Part shown: positions 11,464 to 21,308 of the stretch, piece after piece
How the letters are laid out: the number at the start of each line of letters is the position of its first letter
How positions within the stretch are numbered: the first letter of the stretch is position 1
Translations under genes and position numbers: made by a program
Notes under the pieces: generated by a model
The model's database searches: none
The model's input: the letters and a program-made list of their open reading frames with translations, nothing else
Told to the model about the DNA's origin: nothing
Origin: Desulfatiglandales bacterium
GTDB taxonomy: Bacteria; Desulfobacterota; DSM-4660; Desulfatiglandales; Desulfatiglandaceae
NCBI GenBank assembly: GCA_963662465.1
Contig: OY759599.1
Location: 2,976,001 to 3,040,000 of the forward strand
Length of the DNA stretch: 64,000 nucleotides
Direction: 5' to 3'

Positions 11464-11778
11464 TTCGACCTCCTCATAGAGATTTTCGTTGATTTGATAT
11501 CTTTCCTGCTCGCCTTCTCACCCTGTATCTCATCAATAATATACACCATTTTATGTGATAAGCCGTTGCTTTTTCGGAAATGGACTATAGATAAATTCCC
11601 GCTGCGAGTCAAGTGGGTTCTCCACAAGATTTCTTGTTATTTTTGCCGTTTATCGATTTTCCTGTCGAGGAAGCTCTTTTTCTCATTGCTTCGGCTTCTT
11701 TAGTCAGTTCCTTTAGAAGATCGATTACCCGCCATCCTTTCCTGCAATACATTGTGATTTTAAATCCGGAAACTGCAA

Positions 11779-13275
11779 TTATCCACAGATCTTGGACGAA
11801 TGGAAGATATCCACCATTTTATGCCCACCCACATATTCAGTGGATTCACAGACCGTGATGCTTTCCATTTTCTGGGTGATTTCCTTGATGCGATCACATT
11901 GCGCTTTGATTTTTCCCAGACTTTCAACCCCTGGATTATCTTGAATGGCTTCATTGAGCAGCAGGTATATATATTGCAGAGGCTGATTGATCTCGTGGCA
12001 TGTGGCGCCGGCAATCTCGAGTACCCCTTCCAGTTTTTCTCGACCCAGTTGTTCCTGCTGAGCCCGGTTCCGATCCGTGATGTCGCGGGTCACCGCAATC
12101 AGGCATTCCTCATCCCCATAATTGATCACTTCAGCGGACCAGAGTACATGCCGAATTTCACCGGATTTCATGCGGAATTCCGCTTCCAGGTTGCGAACCA
12201 CCCCCTTTTCCCTGAGGGTCTTGACCATCTCGACCCGCTTCTGGGGATCGACCCAAATGCCCAAATCAATGGAATTGCGGCCCAGGACTTCCTCATTGGT
12301 ATAACCGGTGGTCCGTAAAAAGGCCTCATTCACATCCACATAGAACCCTTCCAGCGTGGAGATGACGAACCAGTCCGGACTTGAACGGAACACCTTCTGA
12401 AATTTATCTTCTGAAATACTGAGCGCTTCCTGGGTATGGACACACTTGGTGTTATCCATGAAATACCCCAGAACGGCTTTTCGTCCCTCATAATTTATAG
12501 GCAGCACGGTCTCGATGATCCATCTGACTTCGTTTTGTTTTGTGACAACGCGATGTTCATAGGGATTCGTAGGTTGCCCCTTCAGCATCCTGACGGCATC
12601 CTCTCTGACGGATTGTTTGTCATCTTGAGGCACGATTTCCAGAGAATTCATGCCGATTATCTCGGATTCTTCGAAACCTGTAATTCTCTGAAACTCGGGA
12701 TTTACAAAAACAAACTTCCCATCTTGAACAATGAAAATGCCGATGGGTGAATTCAGGAATATATCGGCAAAAAACTCCGGAGGCCCTTCATATGCGGCTT
12801 GAAAAAGCTTCTGAATATCCGGATGATGCTCAATGGCCCTTAAAAACTGGCCCGTACGACGTCCCAGACGACGCCGGAGTATGGCCGTAATTTTCCCCTT
12901 GATTTCATATCCATTATCGTGATCCTCATCCATGAGTCGAAGGAAGTCTCTCCCGGGAATAGTGATGACCTCCGTGGGTTCAACGCAAACAGCGGTGGCG
13001 GTGTAACGGGAATCGGGAAACAAGGCGGACCAACCAAGAGAAAACCCTGCCTTTATGGCGCCCATGGAAACGCTGATGGTCTCGGAGACGTCCACTTCCA
13101 GGAGCGCCTTTCCTTCATTCAGCATATAAAAAAGATCCGCATCATCACCCTGCCGAAACACAATGTCCTGTGCGCCAAACACGCGCATCCGCAAGAAGGG
13201 AATCATTTTTCCCAGCATGACATCACTTACGTTTTCCAGTAGAAGAATCTTTCTCAAAGTTTCAAAAGTAATCAT
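11779..13275 (-). CDS. cNMP-binding + PAS + PAS + HisKA-like protein with no ATPase domain
   Basis: cNMP fold (FRQGDDADLFY..GWSAL), two PAS/PAC domains, H-box ATCHEINQPL, ends about 60 aa later. Confidence 0.8.
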   Translation of the reverse strand: MITFETLRKILLLENVSDVMLGKMIPFLRMRVFGAQDIVFRQGDDADLFYMLNEGKALLEVDVSETISVSMGAIKAGFSLGWSALFPDSRYTATAVCVEPTEVITIPGRDFLRLMDEDHDNGYEIKGKITAILRRRLGRRTGQFLRAIEHHPDIQKLFQAAYEGPPEFFADIFLNSPIGIFIVQDGKFVFVNPEFQRITGFEESEIIGMNSLEIVPQDDKQSVREDAVRMLKGQPTNPYEHRVVTKQNEVRWIIETVLPINYEGRKAVLGYFMDNTKCVHTQEALSISEDKFQKVFRSSPDWFVISTLEGFYVDVNEAFLRTTGYTNEEVLGRNSIDLGIWVDPQKRVEMVKTLREKGVVRNLEAEFRMKSGEIRHVLWSAEVINYGDEECLIAVTRDITDRNRAQQEQLGREKLEGVLEIAGATCHEINQPLQYIYLLLNEAIQDNPGVESLGKIKAQCDRIKEITQKMESITVCESTEYVGGHKMVDIFHSSKICG

Positions 13276-13290
13276 ACGAGGGGCTCCATT

Positions 13291-15063
13291 TTATGTAAAA
13301 ACAAAGATCAATACCAGAAAGAGGGTTGACACGCCGGCGCCGATGCCGATCGGAACCGTTCCCCCCATCATATCGGCATACAGGTTGACCTTTTTCATTT
13401 TCAACCGCTCTCCACGCACTCCCATCAACATCCAAAGACTCACCATCACAATCAGGCTCAGTCGTGCAATAATATCCCTTGAAAGGGTGGCAAGGGCGCC
13501 GGCAATTCCCTTAACAAAAACATGGTCGCAAACTCGGTTCAAACCGTTTAACAAACGATCAAAACCACGTGAAAAAAGCACCCCTCCCCTACGGTAAAAC
13601 CAGTCCGCATCCAGGTTGATGCAACGGATTTCAGCCGGGTATATGCCGGCCCGCAACAGCAGGGTAAAGGCCAGGGCCGAAAAGAAAAGGAGCTGGGTCT
13701 GCCCCACCACATGGGGCGCCGTGTAGGGAACATAGGCCACGGGATAGGGAAGCAACGCATACAGGGGGGCGGGATAAACACCGATAAAAATACAAAGAAA
13801 GGCCGCAATGCCCATGGCCAGGAGCATATGAATGGGCGCCTCTTTGGGCCGCAGGCCTGAATCATGGGAAAAAAAGGCAAAATAGGGAATCTTGATACCC
13901 GCATGATGAAACACGCCGGCTGAAGCAAAAAGCAAAATGAACCACACAATTCTCATGTGCCCGCTCGCGGCGGCATCCATCACCATGGATTTGCTCACAA
14001 AACCACTGAAAAGGGGGAAGGCGGAAATGGATGCGGCCCCCACCATGCAGAAAATACAGGTCAACGGCATGGTCCGGTAAAGCCCTCCCAGGTCCGTGCC
14101 GTTGATTTTCCCCGTCCGGTACATGACGGCGCCCATGGACATGAAGAGCAGTCCTTTAAACAGGATATCATTAAAAGCGTGGCAGACCGCGCCATTGATG
14201 GCCAGCGCCGTCCCGATGCCGATGCCGCACACCATAAACCCCACCTGGTTCACCAGGCTGTAAGCCAGAACCCGTCTCAAATCGTTTTCAATCACCGCAT
14301 AAAAAATGGGGAATCCCGTCATAACGGCCCCGATCCAAATGAGCGGCTCGGCGCCTGGAAAACCCCGTGCCAGGGCATACACAGCCACCTTGGTAGTAAA
14401 GGCGCTCAGAAAAATGGCGCCGGTAATGGTCGCCTCCGGGTAACTGTCGGTCAGCCACGGATGAAGGAGAGGCCACGCGCAGTTAAGACCGAACCCCAAA
14501 AAAATGAGATAGCTGCCGGGCCCGTTCAATCCCATATAATCGAATTGAATGGAACCGGTTTGATTCACATGGATCACGATGCCGGCCAGCAGGCACAACC
14601 CCCCTGCCGCATGAACCAGCAAATAACGATATCCCGATGCCAGGGCCGCTTCCGTACGGCGGGCCCAGATGAGGAAGATGGAAAATACAGTCAACATTTC
14701 CCAGAACACAAAAAAAGTGAAGAGATCACCGGCAAAAATCGCCCCAAGGGCGCTTCCGGCATAAAGAAGACCCGCCATCTGCTGAAGGTTGTCCTTGACA
14801 TGGAGAGCATAGAGGATGGCGATAAAACTGATGAGATGAAAAATATAGGCGAACAGCAGGCTGAGCTTATCCACCCTTCCCAGAACCAAATGGTAATCCA
14901 GGAAATTGATCTCAAAATGGGTTCCCTGCCCCAGAACCATCAGATTCAGGAAACCGATCACGGGAATCAGCAGCAGCCAGGCGCTTTTCAGACGTGCCGG
15001 GATAAAGGGCACCAGCAATGCGCCCACAACGAAGATGATCACCGGGGGAACGGCATCAGTCAT
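13291..15063 (-). CDS. mrpD: Mrp Na+/H+ antiporter subunit D-like (third copy)
   Basis: Proton-antiporter membrane domain (FWEM, PLLHPWLTDSYP, AFTTK); likely start MTDAVP at 15063. Confidence 0.85.
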   Translation of the reverse strand: MTDAVPPVIIFVVGALLVPFIPARLKSAWLLLIPVIGFLNLMVLGQGTHFEINFLDYHLVLGRVDKLSLLFAYIFHLISFIAILYALHVKDNLQQMAGLLYAGSALGAIFAGDLFTFFVFWEMLTVFSIFLIWARRTEAALASGYRYLLVHAAGGLCLLAGIVIHVNQTGSIQFDYMGLNGPGSYLIFLGFGLNCAWPLLHPWLTDSYPEATITGAIFLSAFTTKVAVYALARGFPGAEPLIWIGAVMTGFPIFYAVIENDLRRVLAYSLVNQVGFMVCGIGIGTALAINGAVCHAFNDILFKGLLFMSMGAVMYRTGKINGTDLGGLYRTMPLTCIFCMVGAASISAFPLFSGFVSKSMVMDAAASGHMRIVWFILLFASAGVFHHAGIKIPYFAFFSHDSGLRPKEAPIHMLLAMGIAAFLCIFIGVYPAPLYALLPYPVAYVPYTAPHVVGQTQLLFFSALAFTLLLRAGIYPAEIRCINLDADWFYRRGGVLFSRGFDRLLNGLNRVCDHVFVKGIAGALATLSRDIIARLSLIVMVSLWMLMGVRGERLKMKKVNLYADMMGGTVPIGIGAGVSTLFLVLIFVFT

Positions 15064-15337
15064 AGTAATCCTCATTTCTTTTGACCAGGGGCCGCAGAAA
15101 ATATTTGGCCACAATCACCAGAACCACGCAGGCCACAAAACCGTAAACCGCAAAAAATTCGGGCCACGCTTCCCATCCGAAATGGGGATGCTTGTGAAGC
15201 AGGAACTCTACGAGCAACAGCACCACAAGGGAGGCATAAAAGCAGCCCAGCAGAATTTTGACATTTTTGGGGTTGTCAAACAGATATTTTTTTTCAGGGT
15301 TTTCCCCATTAACGGATTCCGCTTCAGGCCTTTTCAT
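15056..15337 (-). CDS. Small two-TM membrane protein in the Mrp operon
   Basis: AGGAG RBS, two hydrophobic segments, EDYYD end overlapping the next start. Confidence 0.75.
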   Translation of the reverse strand: MKRPEAESVNGENPEKKYLFDNPKNVKILLGCFYASLVVLLLVEFLLHKHPHFGWEAWPEFFAVYGFVACVVLVIVAKYFLRPLVKRNEDYYD

Positions 15338-15376
15338 GGTTTTCTCCTTGCTAAAATAAATTTCGCAACCCGCAAT

Positions 15377-15484
15377 TCAAAAAAGAGTATTGTACAGGAT
15401 CAAAGCCAGATACAGGGATCCCACAGTGATGGCAATGAAAAAGGCCATTCGATACCCCGGCACGGGCTCATGAGACAATTCCAT
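15377..15484 (-). CDS. 35-aa single-TM protein MELSHEPVPGYRMAFFIAITVGSLYLALILYNTLF (not in ORF track)
   Basis: ATG to TGA read directly; fills the operon gap on the operon strand; purine-rich leader. Confidence 0.6.
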   Translation of the reverse strand: MELSHEPVPGYRMAFFIAITVGSLYLALILYNTLF

Positions 15485-15510
15485 TTTCTCTTCGTTTTCT
15501 TCGCTCAATA

Positions 15511-16989
15511 TTAATGACCTCCCAGGAATTTGACCGCCATGCCTGCGAGCCTGAAAAAGGGTTCGGGATAAAAGAACAGGATCACCGAGATAGCAGCGGT
15601 TGTCACGAGCGGCGCCACACAGAAGATGGGCGCTTCTTGAACCCTGTCTTCAAACATGGCAGCATCCGCCGGGGGAAAAAAGGCCCTGTAAACCACCGGC
15701 ATGAAATAGGCGGCATTGAGCAAGGAGCTAGAAAGCAGCACAAACAGGAACGCCGACTGGTTGGCCTCCAATGTTCCCAGCACCAGATACCATTTGCTCA
15801 GGAAACCGCCGGTAGGCGGCAGCCCGATGATGCTCAGGGAGGCAACAAAAAAAGCCCCCATGGTCCAGGGCATTCGTCTTCCAATTCCTACCATCTCGCT
15901 GATGTTCCGCTTTCCCGTGGCCACGAATATGGCGCCGGCACAAAAAAACAGGGTGATCTTTCCAAAGGCGTGCATGGCAATATGGAGCATGCCGCCGGTC
16001 ATTCCCTTGGGGGACAGCAGGCCCACCCCCAGAATAATATAAGACAACTGTCCGATGGTGGAAAAGGCCAGCATTCGCTTGAGATTGTCCTGGCTGAGGG
16101 CAATGAGCGATGCCGTGATGATCGTTGCCGATGCAATGATACAGACCACAACGCCAAGATTGAATTCGCTCAACAGTTGGGTTCCAAACACGCCGGTCAG
16201 GATGCGGACAATGCTGAAAACCCCCACTTTCACAACAGCCACGGCATGCAGCAGAGCGCTCACGGGCGTGGGAGCCACCATGGCCGCCGGCAGCCATCCA
16301 TGAAAGGGCATGATGCCCGCCTTGGCAAACCCGAAGATGAAAAAAACCAGCAGGACCCCCGCAAGCCCTTTGTTGCAGGCGCCCGCCAGGAACCCCTGGC
16401 TTGAAAATTCCAGAGTACCGGTCAGATGGTAGCACACCAGCATGGCCGGCAGGACCAGGCCGATGGAAGTTCCCAGGATATAGGTCAGATATTTTCGGCC
16501 CGAGGCCCGCGCTTCCCGGTCCTGGTGGTGGGTCACCAGCGGGTAGGTGGTCAGGGAAAGCATTTCGTAAAAGAGGTAAAGGGTCAGCAGGTTGGCCGAA
16601 AACGCCACGCCGATGGTGGCGGACAGGGCCAGAGCAAAAAAGACGTAATATCTTGTCTGGCTGTGTTCCTTGAGCCCTCGCATATACCCGATGGAATAGG
16701 CGCTGGTAATAATCCAGAGGGATGCCGCCACACAGGCAAACAACAACCCCAGCGCATCCACCCTGAACCTGATGGCCACCCCCGGAACGACCTCCACAAG
16801 GGTGTAGACAATCTGGTTCCCCGCAAGAATCACGGGCAACATGGAGAGGACCAGCAAAAGCTTCACCATAGCGGCGGTAAAGGTCCAGGCTTCCCGCATA
16901 TTGGGTCTTTTACTCAATATCAGGAGCGGAATCACGCAAATGGACACGAGAACCGTGATCAGAGGTTTTATGGAGAGAATGGTTTCCAT
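15511..16989 (-). CDS. mrpD: Mrp antiporter subunit D-like
   Basis: LFYEML, PFHGWLPAAMVAPTPVSALLHAVAVVK. Confidence 0.9.
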   Translation of the reverse strand: METILSIKPLITVLVSICVIPLLILSKRPNMREAWTFTAAMVKLLLVLSMLPVILAGNQIVYTLVEVVPGVAIRFRVDALGLLFACVAASLWIITSAYSIGYMRGLKEHSQTRYYVFFALALSATIGVAFSANLLTLYLFYEMLSLTTYPLVTHHQDREARASGRKYLTYILGTSIGLVLPAMLVCYHLTGTLEFSSQGFLAGACNKGLAGVLLVFFIFGFAKAGIMPFHGWLPAAMVAPTPVSALLHAVAVVKVGVFSIVRILTGVFGTQLLSEFNLGVVVCIIASATIITASLIALSQDNLKRMLAFSTIGQLSYIILGVGLLSPKGMTGGMLHIAMHAFGKITLFFCAGAIFVATGKRNISEMVGIGRRMPWTMGAFFVASLSIIGLPPTGGFLSKWYLVLGTLEANQSAFLFVLLSSSLLNAAYFMPVVYRAFFPPADAAMFEDRVQEAPIFCVAPLVTTAAISVILFFYPEPFFRLAGMAVKFLGGH

Positions 16990-17010
16990 TAATCAGCCTA
17001 AAAAAACCTG

Positions 17011-18498
17011 TTAAAAGCCCTGTTTCAGTAAAAGGGGGTCAATGATGTGGTTCACGATACTGCCGGTGTAGAGCCCGATAACAATCAACCCCAGAGAAAC
17101 AATCAGTAACGACGCCAACATGGATATGGGCGCCTCCATTACCGTGATCGGTGATGAATCATGGCCGTGATTGTGGAAATCCCCGTAATAGCTGATCTCA
17201 ATCACCCTGAAAAAAAGGATGACATTGACCAGACTGCTGAATAGAAGCGCTGCCACAAACCCATATTGACCAGCCTGCAGCCCACCGGAGATGAGATACC
17301 ACTTGCTGAAAAAACCGCAGGTGGGGGGAACGCCGATGATGCTCAGGGCGCCTGCCACGAAACAGGCCATGGTCACCGGCATTTTGCGAAAGAGTCCCTT
17401 CAGTTGGTCAAGGTCAAGCCCGTGTATTTTATAATAGATGCTGCCCGCGCAGAGAAAAAGGCAGAGGGTCATGAGCGCATCGTTCATGATATGAAGAATG
17501 GCCCCGGTCATGCCGGCGTTGTTTCCCAGCCAGGCGCCCCCCATCATGTATCCGATTTCAGAAACAATAATATAGCAGAACATTCGTTTCAGGTTTTTCT
17601 GGGACAGGGCAAACACCGCGCCCATGACAATGGCCAGGGTTGACAGCCACACCATTGGGCTCCCCAGTTTCAGGATCACAAAGGCAAAATCCACCGAAAA
17701 TACGGTGAGAATAAGCCGAATCATCACATAGACCATCACCTTGGTCATGAGCGGTGCAATGAGACTGCCGGTCGCCGTGGGCGCGGAGGCGTAGGCATTT
17801 GGCAGCCACATGTGCAGCGGAAAAAACGCCATTTTGATGCCCACCCCCACCAGGCAGAAAATGAAGGCCATGACCACGGCAGGGCTATGAAACAACGGGG
17901 GCAGAAGGGATGCCACATCCGCCATGTTCAAGGACCCGGTCATGATATACAGAAACCCGACCCCCAGCAGATAAAAGCATCCACCCACTGTGCCCAGGAA
18001 AAGGTAATTCAAGGCGGCCATGGGGGCTCTCCCCGGCCCCAGGCCGATGAGGGCATAACTGGTCAGCGACGCGACCTCCAGGAGTACGTAAAGATTGAAC
18101 AGGTCTCCGGTCATCAGAATGCCCGTGAGACCTACAATGAAAAGCAGATAAAGGCTGTAAAAGGCGCCCGATTTTTCAGGCGTCTCCTCTGTCACGTTTT
18201 TCCGGGTGGCGATGAGGTTGATAAACGCCAGGACCGTGACCACCACCACCACCAGACCGTTTAGATAATCCACATGATAGCCGATTCCCCACGGGGTTTC
18301 CCAACCGCCCATGCGGTACTTCACCACACCGATTGCGGCCACCCGGCCCAACAGACACACCGAAAACCAGGCCGAAAGCCCCAGACCCAACAAAGTCAGG
18401 GGAAAACACAGGGCCTTTTTGATCCAGGCCGCCCCGCTAACCACAAAGGCAAACAGGAACGGCAAGACAACAATTAATGCGGGATAATGGTCTCTCAT
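17011..18498 (-). CDS. mrpD: Mrp antiporter subunit D-like
   Basis: GDLFNLYVLLE, KMAFFPLHMWLP. Confidence 0.9.
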   Translation of the reverse strand: MRDHYPALIVVLPFLFAFVVSGAAWIKKALCFPLTLLGLGLSAWFSVCLLGRVAAIGVVKYRMGGWETPWGIGYHVDYLNGLVVVVVTVLAFINLIATRKNVTEETPEKSGAFYSLYLLFIVGLTGILMTGDLFNLYVLLEVASLTSYALIGLGPGRAPMAALNYLFLGTVGGCFYLLGVGFLYIMTGSLNMADVASLLPPLFHSPAVVMAFIFCLVGVGIKMAFFPLHMWLPNAYASAPTATGSLIAPLMTKVMVYVMIRLILTVFSVDFAFVILKLGSPMVWLSTLAIVMGAVFALSQKNLKRMFCYIIVSEIGYMMGGAWLGNNAGMTGAILHIMNDALMTLCLFLCAGSIYYKIHGLDLDQLKGLFRKMPVTMACFVAGALSIIGVPPTCGFFSKWYLISGGLQAGQYGFVAALLFSSLVNVILFFRVIEISYYGDFHNHGHDSSPITVMEAPISMLASLLIVSLGLIVIGLYTGSIVNHIIDPLLLKQGF

Positions 18499-18884
18499 TC
18501 CGCCCTCAACTGCATGAGGATCTCATCTTCCTCAAGGGTCTTGTGCTTCTGGTAAATCTTGATGGCCAGGGCCAGGGCCACCCCGAAAGTGGATACGGAA
18601 ACCACAATGGCCGTCAGCATCAACACGTGGGGCAGCGGATTAATGTAATGGGTAGGATCGACACCGTGGTGACCGGCGCCGTGTTCCAGGATGGGGATGG
18701 TCGCCCCTTCTTTGCACCCAATGGACACATAGAAAAGAATAATGGAGGTTTGAAAAATATTCATCCCCACCAGTTTTTTAATGAGGTTATTCTTGGCAAT
18801 CATGGCGTAAAGGCCGATCATCATCAAAGCGATACAGAGCCAGTAATTGTATTTACCCAAGATGGCCACCGCCAAATCGCCCAT
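18495..18884 (-). CDS. mrpC: Mrp antiporter subunit C
   Basis: NPLPHVLMLTAIVV motif. Confidence 0.92.
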   Translation of the reverse strand: MGDLAVAILGKYNYWLCIALMMIGLYAMIAKNNLIKKLVGMNIFQTSIILFYVSIGCKEGATIPILEHGAGHHGVDPTHYINPLPHVLMLTAIVVSVSTFGVALALAIKIYQKHKTLEEDEILMQLRAE

Positions 18885-18887
18885 GTT

Positions 18888-19712
18888 CTACAACCCCTCA
18901 TCCTGCCTGCCTTCCGAAGACAGGTTGTTATAGATGGAAATCATGACCGCCATCACTGTGATGCCCACGCCGACCTCAACGCCCAGGATGCCCAATGATC
19001 GGGCTTCGATTTCGTTGGTAAACAGGATCTTGCTCAAGCCGGCGTAATCCAGAAAATTCCCACCCAGAAGGATGCAAAGCGCTCCGATACCCGAATAAAT
19101 AAGAACCCCCACGGCCATAAGGATATGGGTGGTTTTTTCACTGATGCGTCCGATGGCGGTGCGCATGTTGTAGCTGATGGCGATGAGAATCACGCCGGCG
19201 CCTAAAATCACGCCCCCCTGGAACCCGCCGCCGGGACTGTGATGGCCATGGGCGATCACATAGAGCGCAAAAAGCTGAACAAAGGGGACCAGGATTCTAC
19301 AGACCGTTGTGACAATCAGGTCATAGGGCGTCCACAGGGTGTCGATACGTTCAAACTCACTGGAAACATCGGGAATTCTGCCACTCTTGATGTGCAGGGT
19401 GATGCCGGTGGCGACATGCCGATAATAGCTGTCCTCGGGCCGACTCCGGAACAGCCTTAACAGAGCAAAGCACCCCAGGCCCGCGCAAAAAATGACGCTG
19501 GTTTCAAACATCGTGTCAAACCCGCGGTAATCAGCCAAAACAGCTGTCACCACATTGGGGACGGATGTTTCTTCAAGGGCATTTTTCAGGTGATGGGCGG
19601 AGATATGGGTGTTCGCCGGCGATGCGGGGTCACCCCAGGATGGAAAATCATGAGTGGTATAAACCAGAAGTGCCCCTGCCAGAATAACGATGCACAAGCC
19701 GATGGCCTTCAA
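18888..19712 (-). CDS. mrpB: Mrp antiporter subunit B, extended form
   Basis: NVVTAVLADYRGFDTMFE and HGHHSPGGGFQGG. Confidence 0.9.
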   Translation of the reverse strand: MKAIGLCIVILAGALLVYTTHDFPSWGDPASPANTHISAHHLKNALEETSVPNVVTAVLADYRGFDTMFETSVIFCAGLGCFALLRLFRSRPEDSYYRHVATGITLHIKSGRIPDVSSEFERIDTLWTPYDLIVTTVCRILVPFVQLFALYVIAHGHHSPGGGFQGGVILGAGVILIAISYNMRTAIGRISEKTTHILMAVGVLIYSGIGALCILLGGNFLDYAGLSKILFTNEIEARSLGILGVEVGVGITVMAVMISIYNNLSSEGRQDEGL

Positions 19713-19954
19713 TCCTTAGTCCTCCGGGTCGTTCGAAATACGGCGGCCACAAAAAAAACGGTACTGACGCCCGCGCCCACGGATGCTTCGGTAAACGCAA
19801 CATCCACCGCCCCCATGATGGCCCAAAGCAGGCACATGAGAAAACTATAGGCGCCGAACAAAATAGCGCAACCCAACAGGTCTTTCACCGAAATCGCCGC
19901 AACTGCCGCAAAAATAACCAGAAGCAAAATTACCAGATCCAGTTCCCAGATCAA
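19709..19954 (-). CDS. DUF4040-type Mrp subunit (MrpA C-terminal/MbhD-like)
   Basis: AVDVAFTEASVGAG motif; probable TTG start at 19954. Confidence 0.8.
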   Translation of the reverse strand: MIWELDLVILLLVIFAAVAAISVKDLLGCAILFGAYSFLMCLLWAIMGAVDVAFTEASVGAGVSTVFFVAAVFRTTRRTKD

Positions 19955-19958
19955 TTGT

Positions 19959-20303
19959 CTATTTCCCCCTGTCCTGTTTTGTCCAGGGTCTGAGGCCCGC
20001 CCTGAATCCCGCGTCCACAATGGCATGGGTAGCCGTGGGGCTCAGAATGAAAATGAAAAGCACGATGAGCAGGATTTTCAGGCTGGTGAGAAGGGCGCCC
20101 CATGAAAAATCATTGAGATTATAAAGGGCAATCCCCAGAACCATCAAAAGAGACCCAAGGGTATCCATCTTGCCGGCCGGGTGCAGCCGGGTATAAAAAT
20201 CCGGCAATCGGAGAATCCCCACCGCCCCGCCCGTAAAAAAGACCAGTCCGCAAATAAGCAGAAAAACCACAACAATATTCACAGCACTTCCCTCCTCAAT
20301 CAT
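19959..20303 (-). CDS. mrpG: Mrp antiporter subunit G
   Basis: RLPDFYTRLH, SPTATHAI. Confidence 0.92.
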   Translation of the reverse strand: MIEEGSAVNIVVVFLLICGLVFFTGGAVGILRLPDFYTRLHPAGKMDTLGSLLMVLGIALYNLNDFSWGALLTSLKILLIVLFIFILSPTATHAIVDAGFRAGLRPWTKQDRGK

Positions 20304-20322
20304 ACCGAACGGCTATGCCAAA

Positions 20323-20378
20323 ATCCGACTGCAGACCTCCGACCTCCGACCTCTGGTTACCGACCTCCGACTACCGAT
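20323..20378. repeat. Degenerate heptamer tandem array (CCTCCGA)n
   Basis: ctgcaga cctccga cctccga cctctgg ttaccga cctccga ctaccga between mrpF and mrpG. Confidence 0.85.
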
Positions 20379-20661
20379 AAGGCGGTTCTTCGTACAACCC
20401 CTTGCGTTTTTGGAAATACCTCGACGCCGCTAAAACCGCCACAAAATTGAGCAACGCGTAAGCCATGGCAATATCCACAAACATGTCCAGTCGTCCGTAA
20501 ATCAGACCGATCAGCAACAGGAGGATAACGGTCTTGCTGCCGATGGCATTAACGCCGATCAACCGGTCCAGAACCGTGGGACCAAATGCCGCCCGGTACA
20601 ATGAAGCGATCATCAGCAGACACAAATAGAGCGCCGCATAAAGAAAAATATCGGCCATCAT
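20371..20661 (-). CDS. mrpF: Mrp antiporter subunit F
   Basis: GPTVLDR motif, three TM helices. Confidence 0.92.
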   Translation of the reverse strand: MMADIFLYAALYLCLLMIASLYRAAFGPTVLDRLIGVNAIGSKTVILLLLIGLIYGRLDMFVDIAMAYALLNFVAVLAASRYFQKRKGLYEEPPYR

Positions 20662-21224
20662 CCGTCCTCAAAGGCTCTCGCCACCCTTTTTTCCATCTCT
20701 CCCGGAAGGGGCTCCCCGGATTTTTGGTCAATGGCATGCACGTGAAAAGTGCCGTTAACGGAAACGTACATGGTAATGGTGCCCGGGGTCAGGGTAATGG
20801 AGTTGGCAAAGGTCACCAGGGAAATCTCTTTTTTGAGTGTGCTGTCGAACCGAATGATCCGGGGATCGATCAATTCCATCATTCGGGGATGAAACACCAG
20901 ATACAAAACGTAGAGGTTGGCCACGCCCACCTGGTAAAGCAACCATGGGATATAGGCGATTACACGAAACCATTGCCGAAAGAGCCCTTTGGTCCTTGAT
21001 TGAGGAAACAGAAGATCCCCCGAAAAAATGCTGACAATAGCGCAGGAAATCACGCCGAGGCTCATGTGAAACAGGTCAAATTTTCCTGAAAGGATTACCC
21101 AGAGGCATAACAGGGCAATAAAAGTCAAAACGTATAAAGAAACAGGTCGTGCGGCGTCGGCAGGCCCGTCGCCAGACGCGTTTGCGAGGTTGAAGGTTGT
21201 CTCTTCCGGCAAATGTTCCTTCAA
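20658..21224 (-). CDS. mrpE: Mrp antiporter subunit E
   Basis: ANSITLTPGT motif. Confidence 0.92.
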   Translation of the reverse strand: MKEHLPEETTFNLANASGDGPADAARPVSLYVLTFIALLCLWVILSGKFDLFHMSLGVISCAIVSIFSGDLLFPQSRTKGLFRQWFRVIAYIPWLLYQVGVANLYVLYLVFHPRMMELIDPRIIRFDSTLKKEISLVTFANSITLTPGTITMYVSVNGTFHVHAIDQKSGEPLPGEMEKRVARAFEDG

Positions 21225-21308
21225 GGATAACCCCCTTTCCTTCTTCCTTCAACCCACAACCTGAGAAAAACGTTATAAGATCAACGGCTGACGGGCTGGC
21301 ATGAAAGA

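Noticed and set aside
13291..21224. Complex I (nuo) or membrane hydrogenase operon
   Set aside because: MrpE/F/G/B/C are present and no Fe-S or NiFe subunits are adjacent
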